Part shown: piece after piece, positions 24,533-37,290 of the stretch | Layout: every line of letters begins with the position of its first letter | How positions within the stretch are numbered: position 1 is the first letter of the stretch | NCBI GenBank assembly: GCA_001179505.1 | Contig: CDMY01000350.1 | Span: 42,544 to 106,543 of the forward strand | Length of the DNA: 64,000 bases | Reading direction: 5' to 3' | From: Vitrella brassicaformis CCMP3155 | Taxonomy: Eukaryota; Protista; Chromerida | The notes under the pieces: generated by a model | The model's database searches: none | Told to the model about the DNA's origin: nothing | What the model saw: only the letters and a program-made list of their open reading frames with translations | Position numbers and translations under genes: made by a program

Positions 24533-25672
24533 TCACCGCATCACCGTCCCCCTGTCGATGACGTCACGCTCGAGATTGAACGGCCGCAGCGCACGGCGCC
24601 ATAGGGGCACCGTCACGAGATAGCGGACAGCGAGGGATGCAGGCCGATCAGCAGCAGGCGCCTCGGTCGTCTGCAGCTCGATGCAGCCAGGCCCCACCCA
24701 GAAATTGGCAGTGACGGTCTCGTTCGAGCGGAAGCCACTCACAATGACAAAGCGATAGTCGGTCACATCAGCAGCATTCAGATTGCCCCCGTCATTGCGA
24801 TTGTCGACAGCGATGCCCAAATCCTCTGTGATGCCCTCAGTCCTCAGAAGACGGTCATAGCGAGGGTCGTCACGGCCGATCTGTGCACGCAGCACCCTCT
24901 TGTCATCAATGTCCTCTTGACAGCACCACGTCCAGAGCAGCCTGTTCAGCAGGAATGCCGAGAATGAGGGAATGAGTAGGATGCCCCAGCGGATGGCGGG
25001 ATCACTCCGCTTGTAGCCCTCAGCATAGCGATGGCCGCCCGGCAGGCCACCCAGCACAAAAAACCTCACATCGCCGATCCAGTATCTCCCGTTGCCGTTG
25101 TCGTTGGCTTGCTGCAGTGCCAGGCGGGTCCCTCTGTATGTCAGCTGCTGGCCGAACAGCCGATAGATGGCCATCGCCAATGGCAGCTGGTGGAATGCCG
25201 TCCTGCTGGGAAGGTGGGCTGTCAGCCACTAAGCCGACAGCACCAGGGGCAGCCCATTGGCAGGCGTCAGCCGATAGATGGCGGCCAGCCGAAGAAACCG
25301 CCCCATCGCCCGCCACTCCTCGCCATTGCCCCGCTCCAGCACGTAGACCACCTTCAAGCCGGCCTCCACATCACCGCCAATGTCGAAGGCCAACACGTCC
25401 GCCAGGCCGAGACGACTGAGGGCCTTGTGGATGTGCTGCTGGACGGCGTTGAGCAGGGTGCTGTTGACGGTCTCCGCAGTGTGGCCCAGCAGCTCCTGTT
25501 GCCGAGTGCGGGTGGCGAGCTGCGAGCGGAGAGCGGCTCGTTTGGCATCGTCAGTCGCCATGGCCATGGCGGCCATCTTGCTGATGGGCAATGACAGGTC
25601 AAAGAGGTCGGCGGGCTGGAAGAGGGCAGGGCTGGGGGGACGGGGCGAGGGCGCCGCACCAGTGGGCTGCAT
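24533..25672 (-). pseudogene. Family A copy A5 (MQPT-type N-terminus, mosaic middle), in-frame TAG at 25229-25231
   Basis: LPLVLSA-TAG-WLTAHLP where paralogues read LSA-Q-WLTAH. The rest of the frame is intact. Confidence 0.8.
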
Positions 25673-26288
25673 CGTGAGTGTCCTGAGCTCTCAGCGAGGC
25701 GTGCTATGAGTGATCTGCCGGCACAAACAGCAGACACACGGAGAGGGATCGCTTTGCGGCATTTGATGTTGCATCTGCCTCTCTCGCTGCCCTCTCACCT
25801 CCGATGAGTGTCTTGAGAGCTCGAAAAGGTACGGGACCACCCTTATTTGCGAGCTTGGTTTGCAGATCTATTGTCGTTTTTGCGCCGTTTTGGTGACAAC
25901 AGGGCCGTGTGGAGTGTCGGGAAGATGCCCAAAGAGCCGCTGTGATGACATCGATCACCACCCATTCCGCCGCTCTGTCTGAGCGGCGCTGATATGACGC
26001 ATTGAGGTGAGAGAGGGGAGGCAGGAGGGCCTTATGACATCAGCAATGACCGTAAAAATGTGTGGTCTCTGTGTGTTAATGACAGATCTGGGGAAATCTC
26101 CGGTGTGTTGGTTCGGTTGAGCGAATAGAGGAAAGGGTTCTGCCGTAGCCACATCTCTATCAGGCGGCAGCCGACTGAGGTACGGCAAGCGAAAGAGAGC
26201 CGCTCGGATGTTGACAGATCGATGAGGCGCCACAAATGCATTCGCTCATATGATGTCTGTGTTATGTCTGTCTGTGAGTGGGCAGATC
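25673..26288. promoter_or_regulatory. Cassette spacer (bidirectional), copy 2
   Basis: Lies between the divergent ATGs of A5 and B1. Shares blocks ctctctcgctgccctctcacctccgatgagtgtcttgag and aaagagccgctgtgatgacatcgatc with 35892-36336 and, reverse-complemented, 57841-58323. Confidence 0.7.
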
Positions 26289-27581
26289 ATGTCGGCTGCG
26301 GCTGCTGATGGGGCTGGTGGCTCTGCAGCTGACGAGCCCTCCTCGTCGGCTGCGTCTGCCGCCAATGGTGACCAACACGTTCGCTGCAGAAAGGCACAAC
26401 CATGCAGACACATGCAATGACACTGTGTGTGTGATGGTATGTGTGTTTGTGTGTGTGGGGTGGTCATAGGTGGCGATCAGCCAGAGAGCGGGCCCTTCTC
26501 GGCCGTCCCAGCTACACTCATGCCGGCCATCGCCCAGTGCCTCACCAGCTATGCCGACTTGTGTGCCTTCCGCCGCGTCGACAAAACCCGCCGTGATGCC
26601 ATCACCGCCGCCGTCCTGATACCCATCCTGCAACGACTGCTGGAAGTGCTGCTGGCATCTCTCGGCCTCGGTGGCTTCCTGGTGTGCATGGTCCCCCAGC
26701 TGCCCCTCCCTGAGGCACTCAGCCACGGCTGCTGCACCGCATATCTCATCGAACAGCTCACACGTCGGCTGTTCATGCTCGAGAGGGGCGGCGATTGGGC
26801 CAGATGGCGGCCAGTGCTGGCGATGCTGTATTTCCTGAGAGGCGAGAGGCCTGTGGTGCTGAGTGACGACAACTTCGGCGTGATCAACAGCCGGGCGGCC
26901 TTTGTGAGTGAGACAGAGGCCGTCCGGCAGTGGAAGATACTCAGCCGGGGGGTCACTGTGGACCTCAACGGCCAACAGGAAAAGCTGATGAAGGGCGACA
27001 GCATTCTTCGCCCTTACGATGGCCGTTACGCCCCCGCCCTCCTCACGTCTGCCAGCCCCGTCTTCCCTCATCCATTCGACCCCGCCGATCCGCCCACACA
27101 GCTGACAGGCTGCGTATACCCCAACTACACATCAATGGTGGCCTTCAAGCTGTTCGAGTGGCTTCGCCACGGCGGCCACCTCCCTTGCATCAGACACTGG
27201 TTGTCTTACTGTCGTGCTTCTGCTGCATCTCGGCGTGTGTGTGAGCTGCTGGCGGTCCCTCCTAGCGATGTGGCACAGAGGGGGGCGGGGGCGGGGGTGT
27301 TCGACGAGAAGTGGCCGTGGTCTGGCAGGGATGGGCATCATCGCCTGGTGGTGCTGGGGAGTGGGGCGATGGGGGACGGGCACATGGCGGTCATTCAGCT
27401 GGAATTCCTCCAGCAGAGTCCAGGCTGTGTCATCATCTACACCACCGAGTCGGCCCCACACGATCAGGCGCGCACTGTTGTGATGAGAGTGCTGAGGGAT
27501 CACCTAGGTCGCAAGGTGTGGCGCGGGGAGATTGAGTGGAGGCAAGCGTCGGCCAACACGAGGAGATGCACTGTAATGTGA
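26289..27581 (+). CDS. Family B copy B1 (Ser/Ala leader exon + F-box-like VPATLMPAIAQCLTSYADLCAFRRVDKT + core), intact
   Basis: ATG 26289, phase-1 intron 26368-26469, then an uninterrupted ORF with the motifs MLERGGDWARWRPVL, EAVRQWKILSRG, FDPADPPTQL, YTSMVAF, HRLVVLGS..MGDGHMA and IYTTESAPHD. Confidence 0.8.
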
Positions 27582-29742
27582 TGTGATCGGGGCTTTACCG
27601 AAACTGTGTCGAGTTTCCGACGACAGAGGGCTGCACGTGTGCTGGTGTGCGGGAGGGCCGAAAGGGAGGCGACAGACAGGCAAAGGTTCTTTTCTCTCAT
27701 GGTGCATGCTGAGGATGTCTGGTGAGTGATGCATGGCGGACACACACAACTGTCTGTGTCAATCGTGTTGGATGGCAAAACGAAGGACAGTGGTTCTGCT
27801 GGCTGTATGGGTCCACACATCAGTCAGTCAGACACACACACATGATCAGCACACCCACACACCCGCTCCCATACTCACACACACATCTGTGACGGCAGCC
27901 AGACACACCACGTCCATCAACTCAATCCCTGTCCGCCATACCTCAGTGACGACATCTGACCACCACACATCCTGGCGCAGCACACGCACCACCCGCACAA
28001 AGCCCCCACACGCATCCCTCACTGTGGCCAGCCAGGCCACACACAGCCGCCGGCCACTCAGAGACAAATCGCATGCACCAGCTGTCGTGAATGAATGGAG
28101 TCGTGATGGATAAGGCCGACAGACAAGCCACACACGACGGGCGAGAGAATAGCCTCGCCGTGCAGCACGGCAGCCCAAATAAATAGACTCTCTCCTTCAG
28201 CAAAGAAGGCGCAAATCGCCACACATACTAATTAACACACACAGACACACACGCACATGCTGTCGACTACACACAGAGAATTCGTCTCACTCAAGAGTGC
28301 CATCCAGCCACACACCACACCCAGGGAGTACTTGACCCAAGGAGGAGCCAGCCACACTCCCTCCCTCCCTCCCTCCCTCCCCGCATCCCGGCCCCCCATA
28401 CACATCGACGGGCGAGAATCCCGCGTGTGTACGTGGCAGCCGCGCGTCCGACCAGACAAACACTGGCTAGCCCCAACCACAAACCACCACCCCAGCCTCC
28501 ACCGAACAGCCAAAGCTGTCGGTCGGTTTGGGGCCACCCTTATCTGTCTGTGAGTCGCTCACTCACTCACTCAGTGAGTCACTGCCAATGAATATACATA
28601 AAGCCCCACCACACACTAACGACTCTCGGCAATTCACATAAAATTCTTGGTTGGGGCAATTCGCAAGAAGGCATGTCCCAGTGGAGGGAGCCTGTCTTGG
28701 CATTGTGACAGACAGACAGACAGACAGACAGAGGGCCAATGAGGAGAGGGCCAGGCACTGACAACTTACTAGCCTTCCTCACACGCCATTCATGAGAACG
28801 CATGAAACGGGGTGGAATCGATCTGGGAGGGAGCAAAGCGTCGATCCATATCTCTGGGGTGACACAAAAATCTGTATCAGCGGGCCACATCACACCACAC
28901 CACACCACACCGCACCACGCAGCGCAGCGCATCCAGTGTGGACAGGTAATAGGTATTCATATCAGAGATTCATCCGGCAAGTCATCAAGGAGAGCATCGT
29001 CCATCCATCCATCCATCCATCAGTCCACCCGTCAGCCCGATCCGGATAACAAACACGCGCACACAGACAGACAGACCCACACACCACACCCTTCCCTGAC
29101 TCTTTGTCGCTTGCCACAATGCAATCACACGAAACGAGCCCCTTTCTATCTGGTTCTCCGCCGGCAAGCCAGACGACCTCTCTCTGCCCTGGCGCCTCCG
29201 GCGCTGCTAGTTGCGATACCCACACTCACACGCAATATCCCAACTCATCCCATCCACCTTGGCCGCACCACAAAAGACACACCAGACATATCCTATCCAT
29301 CCATAGGAACGTTGACAGACCGTCAAAAGTGAAGGAGTGCATCGTGCCGGTCGGGGCCGGCGGGCGTCGAAACTGTCCTCCCTGTCGGCCAACAAACAAC
29401 AAACAAAGAGCCGACAGCGCATTGCTGCCCTCTCCCCCCTCCCCATTTCACCTAGACAGACAGGTCACGTCACGCGCCAGCAATCCATCCACCGGCCTGA
29501 CACAACCAGAGCAGACACACAGCCAACGTATCCATCCCGTCCACCCCTTGAGCGTGTCGCGTCATTCGGTCAGTCTGTGTCCGTCCTCACCTTCGTATCG
29601 TCGTATGCGGTGAAGGGCATGCAATTATGCAGTATCCGTGCAGGTCACGGGCAACCGAGGCCCCCGTCTGTGGCGCCGCCGTCCCAACACGCACCGCTTC
29701 TTCACCTGTGGCGGCACCGTCGCTGCGTCACCTACAGCCCCC

Positions 29743-30239
29743 CTAGCCCTTGCTGCTGGGGTGTGGCTCATTAGGTGGTCCCCCGGCTGACTCGCCCGAC
29801 ATGCGCGGGGAGCTGCTGTCCTCTGAGGACATTTTCACGTCATCGGGCGACACACACCGACCCATGGTGGTCGGCGCTGTGGATGCGGCTGCAGCAGCGG
29901 TAGCGGTAGGAGGGGACGGCACGAGTGACGGGAGTAGACAGGGCGGGGCGAGCGCCGCTCTGAAGAACACAACACACACACGAGAGACACACAGAGAGAG
30001 AGAGATGCAATGGGTGTGTGGGGTGTGTGGTGCTGACTCGGTCACCTGACTGAGTTGAACCAGGAGTGGGTGAGTGCCTCTTCGGCGGTGGGCCGATCCT
30101 GCGGTTTGAACTTGATGAGGTGCTTGAGCACTTCAATGCCGGCCGTTGACACCCTCCGGTTGACCGCCGACACGAAAGCGCTGCTACCAAACTTCTCGAA
30201 GAACTTTTCGATTCCGAACGTCATCAGGTAGCTGCATAA

Positions 30240-30272
<33 letters not shown>

Positions 30273-31541
30273 TGGAGAGAGCTGCACCATGCATGGGAGC
30301 TTGGCTTACCGGAACTTGATGGCCTCTTTGTCAAAGGGGTTGGTGCGCTCGATCATGTATTCCTTGAAGAGCGGCACCGTCAAAAGGTGGAAAAATATCA
30401 TGCCCACCGAAAAGATGTCGGCCTGTCCACACACACACACACACACACTTCACCCCCTCTCTCTCTCTGTGTGCCATGTCCGTGCCGTCACCTTCGGGCC
30501 GTCATAGTCCCCGCCGGTCCACATAACTGGGTCCAGGTACATGTGTTTGCCACGCCTTTTAGGGATGGGCTTGTAGGGCGACTCCCCCGGCCGTGCACTT
30601 GGGTTGGGTGTCAGCCGCTGCGCCATGCCGAAGTCGATAAGGATGGCGCAGTTCTCGCTGGGCGAGCAGTCGTAGCGCATCAGCACGTTCTCGACCGACA
30701 AATCCAGATGCACAATGCCATACTGGTGGATGAAGCGCACGCCGTCGAGGATCTGGTGGATGAGGCGCTTGAGGGTCTCCTCGGGCACCAGTCCCTCCGG
30801 CTTGATGAACTCAAACATGTCCCCGCCCTCAGCGAACTCGCTGACGAAGAAGAAGCTCTCTGTGTTCTGCCCACAGTCCATCCACGTGGCGATGTTCGTG
30901 GCCGGCCCGTTGAGCATCGACAGGTACCGAAGGCAGCCCGTGTCGCCCAGAGGCTGCTCGGTGTCGCCAGTGGCCTGGGCGTGCTGCACGAACGCCTTGG
31001 GCACCACCTTGACCGCCACGTACTTCCTCTCCTTGTGGTCGTAGCAGCAGTAGACTTTACCCTTGTTTCGTTCCGCCTCACGCAGGAGGCGCACGCACTG
31101 GTACCGTCCCTCGCCCGTCTGGTTGTTGTACTCCTGCCAGTTGCGGACGATGCAATAGTCGGTGGGCTCCCAGGGATGGCCCAGGAACCAGGGCATGTCG
31201 CCCATCCGCTGGTCGTACTGCAGACGCTGGGCGGGAGCCGCGAACGACTCGTCGAGCAACATCTACACACACACACACAAAGAGTCAGCCGGAAGCGCGT
31301 GTGTATGCGTTGGAGCGTCAGGGTGCTGTGTGCTGTGTGTGTGCGTGTGTGCGGTTGCTCAGCTCACTTGTTCGGTGTTGCCTGCTGGGGAAGGGGGAGG
31401 GGGTGTTGCTGTTGAAGGTAGATGGATGTGGGAAGCGGCTGATGGGATCTCTTCCGCAATGGTTGGTGTCACCACAGCGCCCGCTGGCGCCTCATCAAAA
31501 CAGACAGGACGCCCACAGCCGGACGCAGATGTCGAGATCAC
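29743..31541 (-). CDS. Ser/Thr protein kinase (CAMK-like, non-RD HLDLSVEN type), 5 exons
   Basis: YVAVKVV, SEFAEGGDMFEFI, GIVHLDLSVENVL, LIDFGMA, GKHMYLDP, ADIFSVG and DRPTAEEALTHSWF. First and last splice junctions checked for phase. Confidence 0.9.
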
Positions 31542-31867
31542 AAAGGCGCACTACTCGGCACTCTCTTCCTGCGGATGCAATCGATGCCTACGTCGCGCTG
31601 TGCTGTATGCCACAGATAACGAAGCGGCAGAAAGGAGATCTGCGGCTACGAAGCCAAGCTCGCAAACTATTGGTATGCGGGGATTTCGAGTATTTTCAAG
31701 CTTGGGCGTTCACTGGAGGGTAAGATGGCAGGAGAGGCACAAGAAATCTCAACAAACATGTTTCAAAGTTCTGTTTTTTCGTTTGTGCCTTCTTCGCTTG
31801 CAGATCTCTCAGTTGCCGGCCACCGGTGGTCATCCTCATGTCCTGACTGAGTCGTGGTGATTAATTG

Positions 31868-33020
31868 ATGGCGTCTTCGGTGCCCGACGAGCTGTGGCGA
31901 GGGCGAGTGGTGAGGCGCCTGCCGCTGCCTGATGTGATCTCTCTCCGCAACTGCTGGTCCATCGGCACGTCCATCGTCACGGCCGCTCTGCTGGTGGAGC
32001 GCATCGACGGCTCCCTCGCCCGCCACTCACTCACCTGCCTCGTCGACATCGACCGCGCCGCCCCTCTCCCATTCAGCTATATGCTGCGGGCGGCCTATGT
32101 GCTGGAGCAGGGCAGCGACGAGTGGCCTGGGATGGGGCGGTTCATCCGGCTGGCCGCCATCTATCGGCTGACGCCTGCCAATGGCTGCCCCTGGTGCTGT
32201 CGGCTCAGTGGCTGACAGCCCACCTTCCCAGCAGGACGGCATTCCACCAGCTGCCATTGGCGATGGCCATCTATCGGCTGTTCGGCCACCTGCTCACAAA
32301 CAATGGGCTGCCTCTCCGTCTGTCGGCTGACTCGCTGCCCACAGCAACGGCCTTCCACCGGATACCACTCGCCATGGCCATCTATCGGCTGTTCCGCCAC
32401 CTGCTGACATACGGATTCAACAGCCTGGCGCTGCAGCCAGCGGACAACGGACGGTATCGGATCGGCTATTTGCCCGTTCGTGTGGTGCCATTGGGTGAGC
32501 TGCCGAGCGGCCATCGCTATGCTGAGGGCTACAAGCGGACCGACCCCGTCATCCGGTGCGGCTCCCTGCTCTTCCGCTCATTCTCGGCATTCCTGCTGCA
32601 CACGATGATCTGCTGGTGCCGTCAAGAAAAGGGGTGGGCGAGATGAGGGTGCTGGGGGCACGCATCGGTAGTGAGGACCCTCGGTATGGCCGTCTGCCGA
32701 GGGCCGACAACATCACAGAGAATCTGGGCATTACTGCCGACTGCTAGGGCTATCGCTACGATTGGGGCGACCTGAATGGTGCTCATGGGAGAGACTGTCG
32801 TCATGTAATTGTGAGCGGATTCCGGCTCGGGGAGACCCTCGCTGCGCACCTGCATGTGAAGGGTGGTTACATCAACCTGTACACGACCGAGGCATTCGTG
32901 GCTGATCGGTCTCAGCCTCTCGCCGACCGCTACACTGTGTCGGTTGGTGCCGCCCGCCGTGTGCTACGGCTATTCGGTCTCGAAAGCGACGTCATCGACA
33001 GGGGGACGGTGTACGGGTGA
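31868..33020 (+). pseudogene. Family A copy A6 (F-box-like N-terminus MASSVPDELWRGRVVRRLPLPDVISLRN), frameshifts and a stop
   Basis: The core is split over ORFs 31865-32215, 32122-32646 and 32811-33020. Frameshifts near 32190 and 32640, TAG near 32745, and an internal duplicated segment. Confidence 0.85.
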
Positions 33021-33229
33021 GGGTTGCAGCACATGTGCTGGCCGGACCGAGGCACCCAGAGAGGCCTCTGATAGCGCCATACGGCCTCTTTTCTTGAGAG
33101 TTCTTATTCGACGCGAGTGGGGGCTGTTTCCGATGAAATGTGAAATGGCGGCTGGAGGCTGGAGAGCCCCCTGAAGCAGTCCATCGGGTGTGTGAGGGAG
33201 GGAGGGAGGGCCATTCGAGGGCCAATCGC

Positions 33230-34000
33230 CTGATGAGGACCCCTACGAAGGTGTGTATCAGGTGTCCGCTGTTGCAGTGGGCATCGTGTTGCAGTCTTCT
33301 CTCGCGAATACGTCTTCTCTCTCTCTCTCTCTCTCTCTCTGTCTGTGTGTGTGTGTGTGTGTGTGCGTGTGTGTGAATGCGGCACATTCTACAGCGCTCC
33401 GGGTTTTGTCGGCTCCTGCAGCCTCAATGGCGTCTACACACCGAGAATGCTCAACACGACGTACGCCTACACCTGTCTGCACGCACCCACCGGTGAATGG
33501 ATGTCAGTGTCTGTCTGTGTGTATCGGTGTTGGTGCAGGGTTATGGCTTCCACCGCAACACGGCCCCGCCCAGATTCACTTCGGGGGCATCTCGTCGAGC
33601 GGCTGTGAGAGCATCATGCCCGACGACGAGCTGCGGCTGCCGGATGCCAGCTGGGCCACAGGATCCATGTGGAGGTGAGATCGTCGTATAACATCCCCAT
33701 CCACTTCAATGTGGCTCTACCCATGGCGAGTGCCAGGCGAGCAGCGGCATGAACTTCTTCGGCTCTGCATGGCCGCAGCCGTCTTCTTCGCAGCACTCTC
33801 ACTCATTCTCGCCATACAGGTGGGCCACACAAATCTGATCAACCTTCTCAGTGGGCTCTGCTGGCTCTCTCTCTGTGTATGGGTGTAGGTGTGTGACTAT
33901 CGTGCGACGCATGGATACGCACAGCAAGATCCGCTACTCGCTGCTCAACTTCCACCCCCAGCGTCCCCCAGCCGTCACCGGTCCTCATCTCGTCGCAGCA
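33230..34000 (+). other. Possible scattered coding exons of an unidentified gene
   Basis: Splice-bounded open segments (LWLPPQHGPAQIHFGGISSSGCESIMPDDELRLPDASWATGSMWR; CMAAAVFFAALSLILAIQ). No full model could be built. Confidence 0.2.
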
Positions 34001-34751
34001 CGCGGCCACCCCGCCCACCCCCGGACACATGCACCACCACCACCACCACCACATGGGGGTGGGGCCAACAGGACTGCCCGCTGGCGACTCTTTTTGAGGG
34101 CAGGAGTCTGGCAGGGGTGCCGGCCATTCTTCCTGGGACGGTGACGGAGGGATACAGGGCGTTTTGGTGTGGGTATGGGCTGTCCGATTTGCGGAGATAT
34201 GTTGGTGGAACATGGGCATTGTCGGCAATATGTATTGTCTGGTGTGTGGTGAGTGGGAAAGGGACATGCAACGATTGCTGCGAACATTTGGTTAGGTCGA
34301 TAGACATGTATTCGAGCGATGGACGGAAGGATGTTTGTGCGGTCAACCAATCACTGACTGAGTTATGGGCATGAACTACGCACACAGGATGGAGTGCACA
34401 CCGAGAAGACGGCAGGAAGGCCGTCACGCCACTCCATCCGTATCCTTCCACAGAGGGAGAGAGAGAGACAGACTCTCCACTCAGCAGGCCACCACTCTGT
34501 CTCTGCCTCACTATCCCACTCACACACTTGGCATCTCGGCGGTGACTGCGTGGCTTCAAAGCCATGCAGTCAAGTGAGTCCGACAGGAACGACTAGGACA
34601 TTCGCCCACCCACCCATGGCACACAATGCAGTTAATCACCCATTTCACATCACTCGGTCTCCTTCCACCACTGCTCGTCAGGCAGACAGACAGCCCTCCC
34701 TCTCCACCCATCAAACACACCAACAACACCCCAATCGCCAGCCAACATCCC

Positions 34752-35891
34752 TCACCGCAGCACCGTCCCCCTGTCGATGACGGCACTCTCCAGTTCGAAT
34801 CGCCGCAGCAGACGGCGGGCGGCACCAACCGACTCTCGGAAGCGGTCTGCGAGCGGATGAGACCGATCGTGGCCAACAGGTGCCTCGGTCGTGCACAGCT
34901 GGATGTCGCCGTAGCGCATCCACAGGGCTGCAGCGACGGTGTGGCCAGGGCGGAAGCCGCTCACAATCACACAACGATAGTCCGTCGCATTTGTAGCATC
35001 ATTCAGATCGCCCCGATCCAAGCGCCCGTCGATAGCGATGCCCACATCCTCTGTGATGTCGTCAGTCCTCAGCAGACGGCCATAGCGAGGGTCATCACTG
35101 CCGATGTCTATACGGAGCGCCCTCCTCTCGCCCACCCCCTCTCCATAGCACCACCAGGAGAGCAGCGCGTGTAGCAGGAAGGCCGAGAAGCAGGGGTAGA
35201 GCCTGGCGCCCCAGCGGATGACAGGGTCGGTCCGCTTGTAGCCGTCAGCATAGCGATGGCCGCCCGGCAGCTCACCCAATGGCACCACACGAAACAGACC
35301 CACACCGCCGATGCGATAGTGGCCGTTGTCGGCTTGCCGCAGCGCCAGGCTGGTCCCTCTGTATATGAGCTGCTGGCCGACGATCTTGTAGATGGCCAGT
35401 GCGAGTAAGAGCTGGTGGAAGGCCGTTGCTGTGGGCAATGCGTCGGCCGACAGACGGAGGGGCCGCGTCGCATTGATAGGGGTCAGCCGTTAGATGAAGG
35501 CCAGCCGAAGGAACCGCCCCATCGCCCGCCACTCCTCGCCACTGCCCCACTCCAGCACATAGACCACCTTCAAGCCGGCCTCCATATCACCGCCAATGTC
35601 GAAGGCTAACACGTCCGCCAGGCCGAGACGACTGAGGGCCTTGTGGATATGCTGCTGGACGGCGTTGAGCAGGGTGCTGTTGACGGTCTCCGCAGTGTGG
35701 CCCAGCAGCTCCTGTTGCCGAGTGCGGGTGGCGATCTGTGAGCGGAGAGCGGCTCGTTTGGCATCGTCAGTCGCCATGGCCATGGCGGCCATCTTGCTGA
35801 TGGGCAATGACAGGTCAAAGAGGTCGGCGGGCTGGAAGAGGGCAGGGCTGGCGGGACGGGACGAGGAGTGGGCCGCACCAGTGGGCTGCAT
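34752..35891 (-). pseudogene. Family A copy A7 (MQPT-type), single in-frame TAA at 35490-35492
   Basis: RLAFI-TAA-RLTP where paralogues read RLAFI-Y-RLTP. Same frame on both sides. Confidence 0.8.
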
Positions 35892-36336
35892 CGGGAGTGT
35901 CCTGAGGCCTCAGCGAAGCGTCACACGAGAGATCTGCAGACACACACAACAGACACACGGAAAGGGATCGGTTTGCGGCGCTCCGACGCTTTGTCTGCCT
36001 CTCTCGCTGCCCTCTCACCTCCGATGAGTGTCTTGAGGGCTTGACAGGGTCCAAAACCGCCGAGATCTTTTCGGGCTCTTTGCGAGCTTGCCAGTGGAGC
36101 CGCAGACTTTTTTCGATGAAGAGCGGCGTGGAGTGCCTAAGAGGTGATCAAAGAGCCGCTGTGATGACATCGATCCAGACAGATGTGGCCGTCATCTCTC
36201 TGACCGACGCTGATCTGACGAACTGAGGTGAGAGAGGGCGGGCAGGAGGGCCTGATGACATCAGCAATGGCAGCCTGTGTGGCTTCTGTGTGTGTTTGTC
36301 GCAGATCTGTGGCTCACAAGGGCCTCTTCGTCCGGC
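35892..36336. promoter_or_regulatory. Cassette spacer (bidirectional), copy 3
   Basis: Lies between the divergent A7 and B2 and is homologous to the other spacers. Confidence 0.7.
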
Positions 36337-37290
36337 ATGCTTAGTCTATGGCGGTGGCTGAAGGGCCTGTGCACGGTGAGGCGAGCGGCCAAGGACAGCA
36401 CCGGCGTGATGCCTGTCTGTGTGTCTGTCCGTCTGTCTGTCTGTCTGGGTGTTGATTGCAGACATCGGCTGCTCGTGACGGTGCTGGCATATTGACTAAG
36501 AACACGACATCGTCCGCTGCGTCTGCCGCCAATGGTGACCAACACGTTCGCTGCAGAGAAGGGACAGTCATGCCGGCACACAGCTGTCTGCCTGTTTGTG
36601 TGTTTGGCATGTTGCAGGTGCGGTCAGTGCATCGCCCGTCGACCACCACCAGCAGCATCAGCATGATCCCCTTGTCAGTGCCGCTGATGTGCCTGAGGAG
36701 GCAATGGCAACAGTTGCCGAGTACGTCAGGAGCTACTCACAGCTGGAGGCCCTCATCGACGCCCATCCCACCCAATTCACCGCCGCCGTCCTGCTGCCCA
36801 TTCTCACCCGACTGCTGCCCGTCGTGGTGGACGCCGTCTTTGGCGGCCTGGTGGAGGTGCCGATGCCTCAACTGACCCAGAGTGTGTCCATCATAGTGGC
36901 CACCACACGTCGGCTCTTCATCCTCGAGAGGGGCGGCAACTGGGACAGATGGCGGCCAGTGCTGGAGATGCTGTACTTGCTGAGGGGCAAGAGGCCTTTG
37001 GTGCTGGGTGACGACAACTTTGCTGTGTTCGGCAGCCGGGCGGCCTTCCTCGGCAAGAGGGAGGCCGTCCGGCAGTGGAAGATACTCAGCCGGGGGATCA
37101 CTGTCACTGATCATGGAGGACAATAGAGACGACTGATGGACGGCGACGGCATCCTCTGCCCTTACAGTGGCCGTTTCGCCCCCACCCTCCTCCGAGTCAC
37201 CTTTGCCAGCCGTCTCTTTCCTCATGTGCCATTCGACCCCGCCGACCCGCCCACACAGCTGGAAATCCCGACGTACCCCAACTGCATCTG
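36337..37290 (+). pseudogene. Family B copy B2, TAG at 37124-37126 and truncated near 37285
   Basis: Spliceable leader MLSLWRWLKGLCT|TSAARDGAG...SAANG|AVSASP..DVPEEAMATVAEYVRSY. The core reads to GGQ-TAG-RRLMDG..DPADPPTQLEIPTYPNC, then unrelated sequence. Confidence 0.8.

Noticed and set aside
27620-29740. Coding potential in the 2 kb between B1 and the kinase
   Set aside because: Low-complexity CA-rich sequence with no coherent spliced frame or recognisable motif; probably UTR or intergenic.
1109-37126. Stop-codon reassignment or programmed readthrough explaining single in-frame stops (1109, 16940, 25229, 35490, 37124)
   Set aside because: The stops replace different residues (W, W, Q, Y, Q), and intact genes end normally in TAG/TAA/TGA. 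Independent nonsense mutations are simpler.
16940-37126. RIP-like CpA>TpA hypermutation of repeats
   Set aside because: Any transition-derived TAG must come from CAG or TGG, so the pattern is an ascertainment artefact. The copies stay GC-rich with no TpA excess visible by eye.
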